The notes below the pieces were generated by a model. The model searched no databases, was not told the origin of the DNA, and saw nothing but the letters and a program-made list of their open reading frames with translations. Both the position numbers and the translations under genes were made by a program. From Eledone cirrhosa (lineage: Eukaryota), in NCBI GenBank assembly GCA_964016885.1, contig OZ024756.1, positions 40,672,001 through 40,736,000 of the forward strand: a stretch of DNA of 64,000 nt, given 5' to 3'. Shown here piece by piece: positions 23,376 to 36,700 of this stretch (its first letter is position 1; each line of letters opens with the position of its first letter).

Positions 23376-26300
23376 TCAATCTGTTGATGAAGAAGAAGAA
23401 CTGCAAGAATCATTGGTCTTCGATGATGAGTGTTTCTTCTTTTTTTTCTTTTTCTTTTTATGTTTCTTAACTTTTCTCTCTCTGTGCTTATCCTGCAATA
23501 GAAACAAGTTTGAAAGAAAAACATTAAAAAACACACATTTTAAGGACTTAAATGCTACAGTAATTTACATAGTAAATATGCAATTAAAACATTTCTCTGC
23601 TATCCTTATATCGTGTGAGACAAGAACCCTTTCAGGCCTGTCTCACTGCGTGTGTGACCCCAAACTCATGAAAATCATTGAAAACAATTGTTCATCAATT
23701 AAATCTGGAATTAAAATATAAAAGAAATGTATGAACTTGACAAAATTGATGTCAATGTCTCAGGCTAAAGAATTGATGTAAAACAATTGTTGATTTGTGT
23801 AGAGCCACGTAAATAGTAGTGTGTGGTGGGATGTAGGGAAACATTGGTAGTAGTGGAATACCAGAATGGTGGGATATAGTCAAACTGGAATATTGGCCCA
23901 GTGGATTCAATGAATTAAGATGATACCTTATCATTATTATTATCAGTTTATAAAAACTAGGATACAGATGCCATCATATGACATGCAGGGATACAGTGTA
24001 CCTATTCTAAAAACTGGGATATATATGGTATCTTACGACACACAGGGATACAGTGTACCTATTCTAAAAACCAGGATACAATTATCTCCAAACAAGAAGA
24101 TCCAATATTTACCTTTTCTGATTTCTTTGATGTGTGTTTACGTTTGTGTTTGTGCTTTTTTGATGAAGATTTCTTGAGGAGTCCAAGAAGTTTCTTATCC
24201 AAAGGATCCCATTGTTTATCAGATGAACCTGTTTAGAAAGATTTCATAATTTGAGATGACAGAACTAGAAAACGTACTGTACTACATTAACATAGTGGTA
24301 TATACTATACTACATACTACACAATATACTATACTATACTACAGTAACATAGTGGTATATATATATCCTTAAAACAAAATGGTCACAGCAAGAACATATT
24401 TGATCATATACACACATACACCCCTCCACCCCAACATATATGCAATAAAGCTGATTAAGTAACCACATGAGACCAACACAAATATTATGATTTACTTGGA
24501 GATGTTGGAAAAGTTGGCGGCAATGCCGGACCATAAACTTTTATTGTGGCCTCGTCATTCTTCTCTGGGTCGTTGTCATTGTCTTTGGAACTGTGAGGTG
24601 ACGAGATCCTATAAACATCAACTGAGACCCCTTCATTCTTCCCTCGGTCGTTGTTGCCTTTGGAACTGTGAGTTGACGAGATCGTTTCTTTGCTGATTTC
24701 AACATTTTCTATTTTTCTTTCAAGATGATGAGTTTCTGAAACAAGAGACAGGAAACCAATTTATTAAGGCTCCAAATTATGAGATAAGGTGTGTGAATCA
24801 TTCAGGTGAGACAATTATGAAGCAAGATGTATGTTATGGTGAGACAATTATGAGGTAAGGTGTGTGAATTGTTAAGGTGACTAAGTGGTTAAGGTGAAAG
24901 AATAGTTAAGTTAAAAAGTTAAGGTGACTGAATATTGTCCTGTTAGAACCATGACAAATATATATAATTTACCTGTTAGAACCATGACAGATAATATACC
25001 TGTCTGTAATGTGATATATATGATTTACCTGTCTGTAATGCAGACTTCAATTCTTTCTCTTTAAGTTTATTCCTTTCATCTTTCTTCTCTTTTTCTTCCT
25101 TCTCTTCTTCTTTTTTTCTACTTAACTTCTCCTCTTCTCCTTCCACCTCTTCCTCTTCACTATCTGAAGAGGAGTCAGCAAATATAGCTTTAAATAGATC
25201 CATGGGGGGCCTCTCCACGTCTTCTACCACCTGAAACAAAAGAGACAGTCCATCTATAAACCAAAAAACCAATAAAACATGCAAGCATGTTGGGTCAGTT
25301 TAACATGTATGTATGGACCCATAACTTCTAAATGAGTTGTAAGGGGCACCATAGTGACATATGCTATTTCTTGGGTATTTTAAAACCTGGCAGAGTCCAT
25401 CCCCTCTCCAGGTCTGGACACGGCTGATTGCTTCCAGAGAAGGAGAGAAAGATAAATAGAGAGAGAGAGAAAGGAAGTGAGAAAGAGATATAGAAGAAGA
25501 ATCGACCCCAGTATTAGACTGGTACTTTACTGGCACTTTTATTTTATCAATACTGGAAAGATGAAATGCAAAGTTGACCTCGACAGGATTTGAATGAAAT
25601 AATTCAGTCTTACATTGGCTTAAGGCCAGCATATGTGGAAGAAGAGGTAAGCTGATTAAATCAACCCCACTACATGACTGGTACCTTATGTTAGGAGGAC
25701 GAAAGGTAAAGTTAACCATGGCAGTATTTCAACAGAATATTAACTCTTTAGTATTTACATTACTCTATATTTACTATTGAATTTTTGTGCAAAAGGCCTT
25801 ATCTCACATAATATTGAACCTATGAGATTTTGATATTATTTATTTTGAGAACAATACCTTAACATCAGTATGAGCAACCAGTTATAGCCAGTTTAAACAG
25901 AAAGAGGTGAGAGAGTTCTGGCCGGATATGGCCAGTTTAAATGCTAAAGGGTTAAAAACATTACTTACTGGTGGTGGAATAGTTGTTACTACTGGTTCTT
26001 TGTTGGAGGTATCAGAAGTGGAAGGTGTGGGGGCTGGACTTTCGGTCATTAAGTGGCTGAAAATGGAGGGTTTCCCTGCTGAAGAGTTGCTGGGTTTATC
26101 ACTGGTTTTCTTTGTGGTTCTGTCAATATCTTTTACAGGATCATTGTCTGATATGGCTATATTGGAAGTAGAGGTATAGAAAAATTGACTTCACATCTAT
26201 CACTGGCTCTATTCCTCTCACCTAGTCACTTTCATCCTTCTTCAACACATGACCCAACCACCTCATTCTATTTCTTTTTCTAACATCCATCACTGGTTCC

Positions 26301-29300
26301 ATTCCCATCATCCTCTGCAATTTATTGGTCTTCCCCTCTATCAGTGATATTCTCTTCATCCACCGAACAATTTCCATTCTTCCCCAGTTTTGTCACACAT
26401 GTCTCACTCCCAGAAATCACGGCACCTCACACACATGCAGCACATATGTGTGAGAGGTGCTGTCATCTCCTCTTCAGTCTCACTAACACTCCCCTCCTCA
26501 TCAACACACCACTCAATTCCAGTTAAATAAAGACAATAAATAAATGAGAGTGACTGTAATATGTCAGATCACATGACGGTACCTTGCTGGGATCTGTTTC
26601 TCTCGTCTGTCGTGGCTGGGTTTGCAAGGAAATCAAAAATGGAATATTTATCATGTTTTGTCTTAGGTACACCAATAATACCAGACCTACAAAATAAATG
26701 ACATGATTTTAGGAACAAAACATCACCCACTAGACTCTAACACTGCACTATGGCACATCAACTTCACTGGCCTTAAACACTGCACTGTGGTGCACATCAC
26801 CAACTTCAGTGGCACCACTAGACTCTAACACTGCACTGTGGTGCACATCACCAACTTCAGTGGCACCACTAGACTCCAGCACTGCACTGTGGTGCACATC
26901 ACCAACTTCAGTGGCACCACTAGACTCTAACACTGCACTGTGGTGTACATCACCAACTTCAGTGGCACCACTAGACTCTAACACTGCACTGTGGTGTACA
27001 TCACCAACTTCAGTGGCACCACTAGACTCCAGCACTGCACTGTGGTGTACATCACCAACTTCAGTGGCACCACTAGACTCCAGCACTGCACTGTGGTGCA
27101 CATCACCAACTTCAGTGGCACCACTAGACTCTAACACTGCACTGTGGTGCACATCACCAACTTCAGTGGCACCACTAGACTCCAGCACTGCACTGTGGTG
27201 CACATCACCAACTTCAGTGGCACCACTAGACTCCAGCACTGCACTGTGGTGCACATCACCAACTTCAGTGGCACCACTAGACTCCAGCACTGCACTGTGG
27301 TGCACATCACCAACTTCAGTGGCACCACTAGACTCTAACACTGCACTGTGGTGTACATCACCAACTTCAGTGGCACCACTAGACTCTAACACTGCACTGT
27401 GGTGCACATCACCAACTTCAGGGGCACCACTAGACTCCAGCACTGCACTGTGGTGCACATCACCAACTTCAGTGGCACCACTAGACTCCAGCACTGCACT
27501 GTGGTGCACATCACCAACTTCAGTGGCACCACTAGACTCCAGCACTGCACTGTGGTGCACATCACCAACTTCAGTGGCACCACTAGACTCCAGCACTGCA
27601 CTGTGGTGCACATCACCAACTTCAGTGGCACCACTAGACTCCAGCACTGCACTGTGGTGCACATCACCAACTTCAGTGGCACCACTAGACTCCAGCACTG
27701 CACTGTGGTGCACATCACCAACTTCAGTGGCACCACTAGACTCCAGCACTGCACTGAGGTGCACATCACCAACTTCAGTGGCACCACTAGACTCCAGCAC
27801 TGCACTGTGGTGCACATCACCACCAATAAGTATAAAAGAAACAAAGACCCAGTGTAAATACTTCCAACAAACGGTTTGTGGTAGTGTTAAACTGGGTGAT
27901 GGATTACGTCTATCACACAAGGACCACATGGCAATGTTAAACATGGTGGAGGCCTGATACATTAGAGTGTACAGTACAGTCCTGGTATATTGGGGTGTAC
28001 AGTACAGTCCTGAGTTAAGTGGAGGCCTGGTATATTGGGGTGTACAGTACAGTCCTGAGTTAAGTGGAGGCCTGGTATAAAAAGAAACATAGATCTGTGC
28101 ATTATGTTTAGTCATGTGTGTCTTAGGACCATCTGATCAGGTATGACCAACAACAGCAACCACAACAACAACAAGTTCAAAGTTGAGAAGAATGTAGTAA
28201 GCCACATACCCCGGGTGAGGGTCGGGGACATTGAACCGACGACACAACAGTTTGTCAGGATGCCAATCATATATTTCCCTTGTCAATTTTCCGTACAGCT
28301 TCATTTCTGCGGCATTTGACAAATCTTTCTTTTTGGCCTGCAATAATAATAAAATTATTTGAATTCAATTGGAAAACCCATAAAAATATAGTTCTGTAGT
28401 GATCAAGTAATGAAGACATGTCTTTACCTAAATTACATCTTACATAGTGCAATGACTTGGCAGAGTCATTAGAACATTGGATAGAATACTTTCCAGTATT
28501 TGTTCTGGCTTGCTGTGTTCTGAGTTCAAATCCTGTTTAGTCCTGGAGAAGGGATAGAGTTATGAAGGGCATCCAGCCATAGAAACCAAGCTCTCAGTAC
28601 ATACTGTAAAGTGGTTGGTTTTGGGAAGGCATCCAGCCATAGAAACCAAGCCAAAAAACAAAGCAAACAAGCAGAACATAGTCACCTGATCTGTGAAGCT
28701 CCAGAATGTGACAGCCTGTCTAACCCATGCCAGAATGGAAAATAAACATTAAACAATGATGATGATGATGATGATGATGCTTACACAAAAAAAGAAGCTT
28801 TTCTAAAGATGTGCTGCCAAAATGGGGCTAATTTTGGCATTCCTTACTTAGCATATTGTGTTGGTGAAAGAGTTTGTGAAAAAAGATTTAATAAAATAAC
28901 TCCTTAAAACTTACAGTGACATCTTCAGGAAGCTCAACAGAATGTACATCATCTTGGAATTTGGCTTTAGTGAAGCGTGATGCTATAGCAGCTGCCAGAG
29001 GTTTGAAGAGTTTTGATGATTTTGAGAATTCTTCTTTCTCAATGTCCTGCTCCCATTTTGTCATATTAGGGTCACAGACATGGCTGTAGGGATCTATTGG
29101 GAATATAAAACATAGGGTAACAAACTGTTAGGGTCACAGAGATGGCTGTAGGGATCTAGTAGGAATATAAAATTGTTAGGGTCACAGATTCAAGCTGGCA
29201 AACTAACAACTCAACCAATTTGTGACCTTTCTCAAAGGTTGGGGAAGAAATGGTGAAAGAAAGAAGAGTTTTTGAACTCACCTACTTTACCATGTTTCAA

Positions 29301-31421
29301 TAACAATAAATATTTGTTGTATCGTTCTTGCTTTAATGGGTCTTGCATGAATGGTTGGAATTCCGACTGAAGGGCAGAAGATGTTTGCAATGCCTGTGAT
29401 GTCTGGATCTTAAATGGTTTCATTCCTAAAGTTTTAGAAGTCTGAGATGAACCTTCAGCAGGAATATTGGAATCCTTTTCAGTTTTCTCAGGATCTTCTT
29501 CTCTATGACAACTGGATGCCATTGTTGTCTCCACCAGACTTTCAGTATTATTAGAACAGTCTATTTTCTGGTCACGGTCCTCTGCAGTTTTACTGCCGTC
29601 TAACTTAGGTAGGCTTTTTAAGCTGCTTTTACTGATCAAATCAAAAACACTTCCTGGAGACAAATAAATAAATGAAATAATTAGATTAATCAAATTTGCA
29701 TTAAAATATTAAAAATAGATTATTTAAATTTCATATTTTTGTTTAACCCTTTAGCATTTAAACCGGCCATATCCGGCCAGAATCCTCTCACCTCTTTCTG
29801 TTCAAACTGGCTGTAACCAGCTACTCATATTTATGTTAAGGTATTGTTCTCAAAATAACTATCAAGATCTCATAGATTTGATATTACACGAGATAATTAT
29901 TGCAAATAAAGTGTTTATGGTGAAAATACAATAGTATATATAGAATAATGTAAATGCTAAAGGGTTAATTGAAACACAAGTAGTGTATTTCATTAGAAAT
30001 ATGGCAATGAGATGATTAAAACAATAAATTTGTTAAAGTTTTAATTAATAAACTGACCTGTAGTTTTAGTCTCACCAAGGAGAATACTTCGACTGAGAGC
30101 ATTCATTACACTGTTTTGAGGTTTTTGTGCTTCAGATGGTTGTCGAATATCTGGAGGCAGCTTTTCAAATGAATGATATGGCCGGAAACCTTTTGGGTAT
30201 TGTGGTGGTGGGTAACAAGCCCTTAAAGTTAAAGGTTTTGATGACAGAGTGAACCCTTCCAATATCTTGCCAACATAACTAGCCGGAGGAGCAGCCCCTG
30301 AAGTAGAGAATCAATAGAAAATATTAGCAATAATCAATACAAGAAACAAACAAATCTTACGATATACTGAGGTATTTTGATGTTTGGAAATTTGAAAATC
30401 CAGTGGCTGCAGAACATATATATTTTCTGTCTCTAAGGGTATTTTACTGGGTCTTTTAGTGCTATTGTCATTGTAGCGATTCTGTGTTTGGATTTCAACA
30501 TTTTCAAATATAAGAAATGATAAGAAATAGATCAACTTCTTAACAGTCATATATGTTTGTATATTTATACATTGTTTACTTCCAGTGTACTGGGTATATT
30601 TTATTGTAACACCAGTACTACCATTTTACAGAGTGTACTGGGTGTATTTTATTGTAACACCAGTACTACCACTACAGAGTGTACTGGGTGTATTTTATTG
30701 TGGTACCAGCACTGTCACTTTACCGAGTGTACTGGGTGTATTTTATTGTGGTACCAGCACTGTCACTTTACAGAGTGTATGGGTGCACTCTATTGTTGTT
30801 TTCAGATTATTTTCCAAATTAGGGATATTTTCTTCGTACCTGGTTTATTTCTACCTGGTGCCGTCCATCCATGTAGATTATCTTCCTCATCAGCAAAGCC
30901 AATGGATTGATCATACTTTGATAAATTGTCAGCAGCATAAATATCTTCATCATCTTCCTCCATTGCTCCAACTCCAAATGCCTAGAGGAGACAGATGGAA
31001 GAAAATATACTAAAAATTGAACATTATACACACAAACATACATATATATGGCTGACTGAACACACACATATATATATATGGCTGACTGAACACAAACATA
31101 CATATATATGGCTGACTGAACACACACATACATATATATGGCTGACTGAACACACACATACATATATATATATGGCTGACTGAACACAAACATACATATA
31201 TATGGCTGACTGAACACACACATACATATATATGGCTGACTGAACACACACATACATATATATGGCTGACTGAACACACACATACATATATATGGCTGAC
31301 TGAACACACACATACATATATATGGCTGACTGAACACAAACATATATATATATGGCTGACTGAACACACACATACATATATATGGCTGACTGAACACACA
31401 CATATATATATGGCTGACTGA

Positions 31422-31453
<32 letters not shown>

Positions 31454-33413
31454 GGCTGACTGAACACATACATACATATATATGGCTGACTGAACACACA
31501 CATACATATATATATATATGGCTGACTGAACACATACATACATATATATGGCTGACTGAACACATACATACATATATATGGCTGACTGAACACACACATA
31601 CATATATATATATGGCTGACTGAACACACACATATATATATATGGCTGACTGAACATACATACATATATATATATATATATGGCTGACTGAACACATACA
31701 TACATATATATGGCTGACTGAACACATACATACATATATATGGCTGACTGAACACACACATATATATATATGGCTGACTGAACACACACATACATATATA
31801 TGGCTGACTGAACACACACATACATATATATGGCTGACTGAACACACACATACATATATATATATGGCTGACTGAACACACACATACATATATATGGCTG
31901 ACTGAACACACACATACATATATATGGCTGACTGAACACATACATACATATATATGGCTGACTGAACACACACATACATATATATGGCTGACTGAACACA
32001 CACATACATATATATATATATATGGCTGACTGAACACACACATACATATATATATATATGGCTGACTGAACATACACATATATATATATATATATGGCTG
32101 ACTGAACACACACATACATATATATGGCTGACTGAACACACACATACATAGATATATATGGCTGACTGAACACACACATACATATATATATATGGCTGAC
32201 TGAACATACACACTTACATATATCAGCTCTTTTACACTAGATTGAGCACTGTTTTCAAGACAATCTCTGTTATAAAACTAATCAATCAGATCTGAACTGT
32301 GACCAAATCAATATAATCAATACATGTTATAGAACCAATCAATGAGATCTGATCTGTGACCAAATCAATACGTACAATCCCTTTGATGCCTCGCTTGTTT
32401 TTCTGGTTTCCAATAATTCTGTTGTATTTAGAAGGTTCTGAAAATAGTGGTGTATGTATTGAAGGAAGGCCTGCCTTGATATTGATGCCACTGTACCCAA
32501 GTCCATGAAGATTGTCTTTGATGTGAAATGATATTGGACACATATCTTTCGGTGCAAATTCCACGTGTTGTAAGGAGTTGTCATCTGAAATCTTTAAAAA
32601 ATGAGAAAAATGTCAAAATAATTCATATTATCCACTCGCATTTTTTTTATAACCCTTTTAACACTAAACTGCTGGAAATGATTGGTACCACACTAACACC
32701 TACACCAATCCACAGACCTCAACTGGTACCACACTAACACCTACACCAATCCACAGACCTCAACTGGTACCACACTAACACCTACACCAATCCACAGACC
32801 TCAACTGGTACCACACTAACACCTACACCAATCCACAGACCTCAACTGGTACCACACTAACACCTACACCAATCCACAGACCTCAACTGGTACCACATTA
32901 ACACCTACACCAATCCACAGACCTCAACTGGTACCATTTGAAAATTGAATTAGATCTCGGCGTAACTTTGACTAAATAAAATAACTTAATAATAAGATGT
33001 AAGTCGACTGAATGGAAAGAGACAGCTTCAGCACACATGTTTATACACCTCGTTATTATTAAAATATTTTATTTAGTTAAAGTTATGATAAGATCTAATT
33101 CAATTCTTTAGAAAATTAAAAGAAAATCAATATCTTTCAACTAACCTCTGAGTCTGACTCTGAGGGAACCATGACACAACCGTAGAACTTTTTGTTATCT
33201 AGAGGAAGAGAAAAGAAAGTGGAAACATGGTAAAAGGAATAAAATTACTCATTCAACCTAAACACCAGGTTTCTTTCATCATGAAGAATGTTTTCTATAA
33301 TTACAAATTTAACTTGAACATGTTTTCATCATAATTTGCAGCTTTATAAACTTAACTACACAGATTTTGTATCATATAGCTAGAAGTTATTTGTATCATA
33401 TAGCATGAAGAAG

Positions 33414-33453
<40 letters not shown>

Positions 33454-33676
33454 AGAGAGAGAGCAGAAGAGAGGGGGTATACACACATAATAGAAATTTT
33501 CTCTAAAAGTGCCAAAAAATATCCTATTTGAAATAGGAACTCAACCATTTATGAACAATATTGTCCTTACTTGATTTTGACTTCTTCTTTTTAGGTTTCC
33601 TTTGTCTTGGTCCAACTCCTTGTCCTTCTTTCCAGCCCATCTTTCGCAGTAATTTCACTCCAATTGATAGCCTGCA

Positions 33677-33710
<34 letters not shown>

Positions 33711-36700
33711 ATGTGATCTGTACAGTTTCCCAAGAGATGGCAACATGAATGAATCTGTTACTTTTTTTTTAAAAATTTCTTTTCCAATTCCGTCTCCTCA
33801 ATCTTTCTATTTTTTCTTTAATTTCTCATTCTATTTTCTGATGAAGGACTAGCCTCCGAAACGTTAAGGCTCTTTTCCTTCTATATCAAGCGTAAAACTA
33901 ATATATTTCTTCATTATACTGTGTTGTTTGCTTTATTTCTGTTTGTCTTTTGCATATATATATATATGTATATATGTATATATATATGTTATGGAACTGT
34001 TAGCTTCTCGCTAAAACAATTTCTATACCTTTCATTTATATATATATATATATATATATAAAATAATAAGTCACCCTCTTAGGGTCTGTAATTAAAAACT
34101 TTGCCTCTAATATCTGCCTCCGACGAGCCGCATTGTACGAAACATGTGTAAGAGCTATATAAGGATATGTTTTAACAGCTTGTAACTCTTTCATTAATTC
34201 TTTTGCTTATATATATAACGAAGGAAGTGTGGTAAGGAAGCAGGTGGACCATAACGCACCAGAGTACTCGGAGCTCAGCCATCGGGGTCTTGACTCTTTT
34301 CCTGTATATATATATATATACCCACACACACATATATGACCATATGTGCAGTATACTTACTTCTCTGGAACAATAAAATCAAGCAGAGCACCATCAGCAT
34401 GATGTAAGAATGTATTTGTGGTAAGAAGGGACTTAGCTAAAGCCTTTCTTTTCGTGGCTCTCTCTTCTGATTTGAATTGGTCAGAGGTGACAATTTTTCT
34501 CGGTGCAATTCCATGTTCACTGAAGTCCTGAAAAAAGAAAGGGAATTTAAAAAAATTATTTTGACCATGCCCCAGGGTGGGGTCAAGGGTTCAGCAAGGA
34601 AAGTGAATCAGTCAATGTTCCTCTTAGATTTCCAAGTTAGCATGGGTTAGGTGAAGTTGGGAGTATATTTTGTACGTGATGTCAGGAGAGCGGTATGAGT
34701 TATGTCATTTGTTCAAGAAAACAACTACATCATCATCACTATTTTACGTCCATTCTTCCACGCTAGCATGAATTAGACGGTTTGTCCTGTTGTGGGCAAT
34801 GCCAGGTCAGGTGACCATGACTTGCTCATACAGAACTGATTTGGGCTTGATTTCTCCAGCTGGATGCCCTTCCAACAACAATAGACTGATTCAAATATAA
34901 TGCTGTAGTATAAGTACTTATAATTTACTGACATCAGTTCAATCAACTGTATTGAACTATTGGTATTGAACTAAAGGAAATAATCAATACAACATACTTC
35001 ATCATCCATAAAATCTTCTGCAGACGAAACTATCTTCTTGTTTCGACTCTGTCGACTGGATACAAATGGAGCTGGTGCCCATCCTGAGGAGAAGAAAATA
35101 GGGAGGAAACCCCCCCAGAAATATTATATATTGTCAACAGCAAGTCTGAAAGAATAAAACCTTCCTGGCACCAACCTATTTAGTTACATCTTACAACATA
35201 CAGGTAATAAGTTAGTGCCAGGAAGGGTATTTGGCCAGAAAACAAAACTCTGCCTCATAAAGATAAATTTAAAGTAGGTAAAATTACTACAGTTGTTAAA
35301 TTATAATCTTCACTGTGGAAACGTAAACAAATGTGAAAACATTCTGTTATACTCTCTGTAAACAGAAAAAAATATAAGAGGTTGTCTTTATATGTTTCAG
35401 TTTATTAGCTATTTACTTTTCACAACAAGGCTTATAATTCACAAATTGTAGCTTATATGTTCATCATCACTGTTTTATGTTCATTATTCCAAGATTGCAT
35501 GGGTTGGACAGGTCTTCTCCAACACAGCATCTTTCTATTAGTTGTGGTCCTTTGTTAACTTGACTGTGTGTTTCAGTAATTTGAGATCAGCTCTCACCAC
35601 CTCTGCCCAGGTCTTCTTTGGTCTACCTCTACTGTAGCTCTCTTCCACTAGGATTTCTTGGTACTAATATATGTTGTGTAGAAATATTTATAATTTAATA
35701 AAAGCAATAAGAATGTAAAACAAAACAAAAAAAAAAAAAAGAAACAGGCTATAGTTGACATTTAAGTAATATATTTACCTTCCTTTGAACCAACCGAGTT
35801 AAAGTAACCAGCTGAAAAACCTCCTGTGAACGCACCATGAAAGCGAACACGACCCTGGTTGTCTTTTACAGGTAATTCATTTATAGACAGTGGACGTTTC
35901 AATGGTTCGTCTGAAATAAAATAGAAACATATCAGGCAAGCTAGCCTTACAAATGTAAGCATCATATTGAAGCAATGTGAAACAAAGTGTTTTGTTGAAA
36001 AACACAACATACAACCCAGTCCTGGAATTGAACCTATGACATTATGTTTGTAGGTCCAACACCTTTACCGTTAGGCCATGAACTTTCATAGTAACAAAAA
36101 CAGAAACATTAAGACATAGTACCAATCTATTTCCACTGTTAGGTAAGCTAACCTTACAAATGAAAGCATCATTAATATTGAGACAATAACAACAAAATTA
36201 AGACATAACAACGAAGTTATTTCCACTGAGCACCTTTTTGATCTCCTTGTGTCTAACACACGTGGACATGCCTACAAAATCAGAAAACAGCACAGCTCCC
36301 ATGACTTTCGGAAACATTTTTTTCGCGCTTAGAGTTGCTGAAGCATGGAACAAACTGCCTGCGTCAGTTGTTAGCTGCTGAGACACTGCATCCTTTAAAA
36401 CCCTCGAAATTCGCCAAAACTACACCTGATGTACCCCTTGTATGCACACATGTGTATATCATGACTCATACACTGTTCATTTTCCTGACGTTTGTACATT
36501 ACTCTATGTACTATACATACACTTTTGATGAGTTGTAGTGCACCTGAGCACTGTACACAATATTTTCATTATTATTAAGTAAGCTAGCTTTATAATGGAA
36601 GCATCGTATAATTGTGGAAGTAGCATGGCTAAATGGTTAGGAAGTTCGTTTAGCAATCATTAGGTCCCCGGTTCGATACCACGGCTTGTCATTATGAGTA

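Noticed and set aside
23225-23536. 103-aa ORF as the GPATCH1 last exon
   Set aside because: Wrong frame; the phase-0 acceptor at 23492 gives the Lys-rich tail ending at 23376.
26748-28115. 455-aa and 382-aa ORFs with 17-aa repeats
   Set aside because: Translations of a 51-bp intronic minisatellite between phase-compatible GPATCH1 exons; open on both strands only because the unit is a multiple of 3.
31030-32212. CRISPR-like look (constant GGCTGACTGAA with variable spacers)
   Set aside because: Spacers are only (CA)n/(TA)n length variants, there are no cas genes, and the context is a eukaryotic intron.
30819-32213. 389-464-aa Y/I/C/V/M-rich ORFs
   Set aside because: Compound microsatellite; no coding signal.
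36010-36080. tRNA-like sequence on the minus strand (also 36620-36685 and 42635-42700)
   Set aside because: Only A/B boxes with no full cloverleaf; followed by SINE body or degenerate, so SINE heads rather than tRNA genes.
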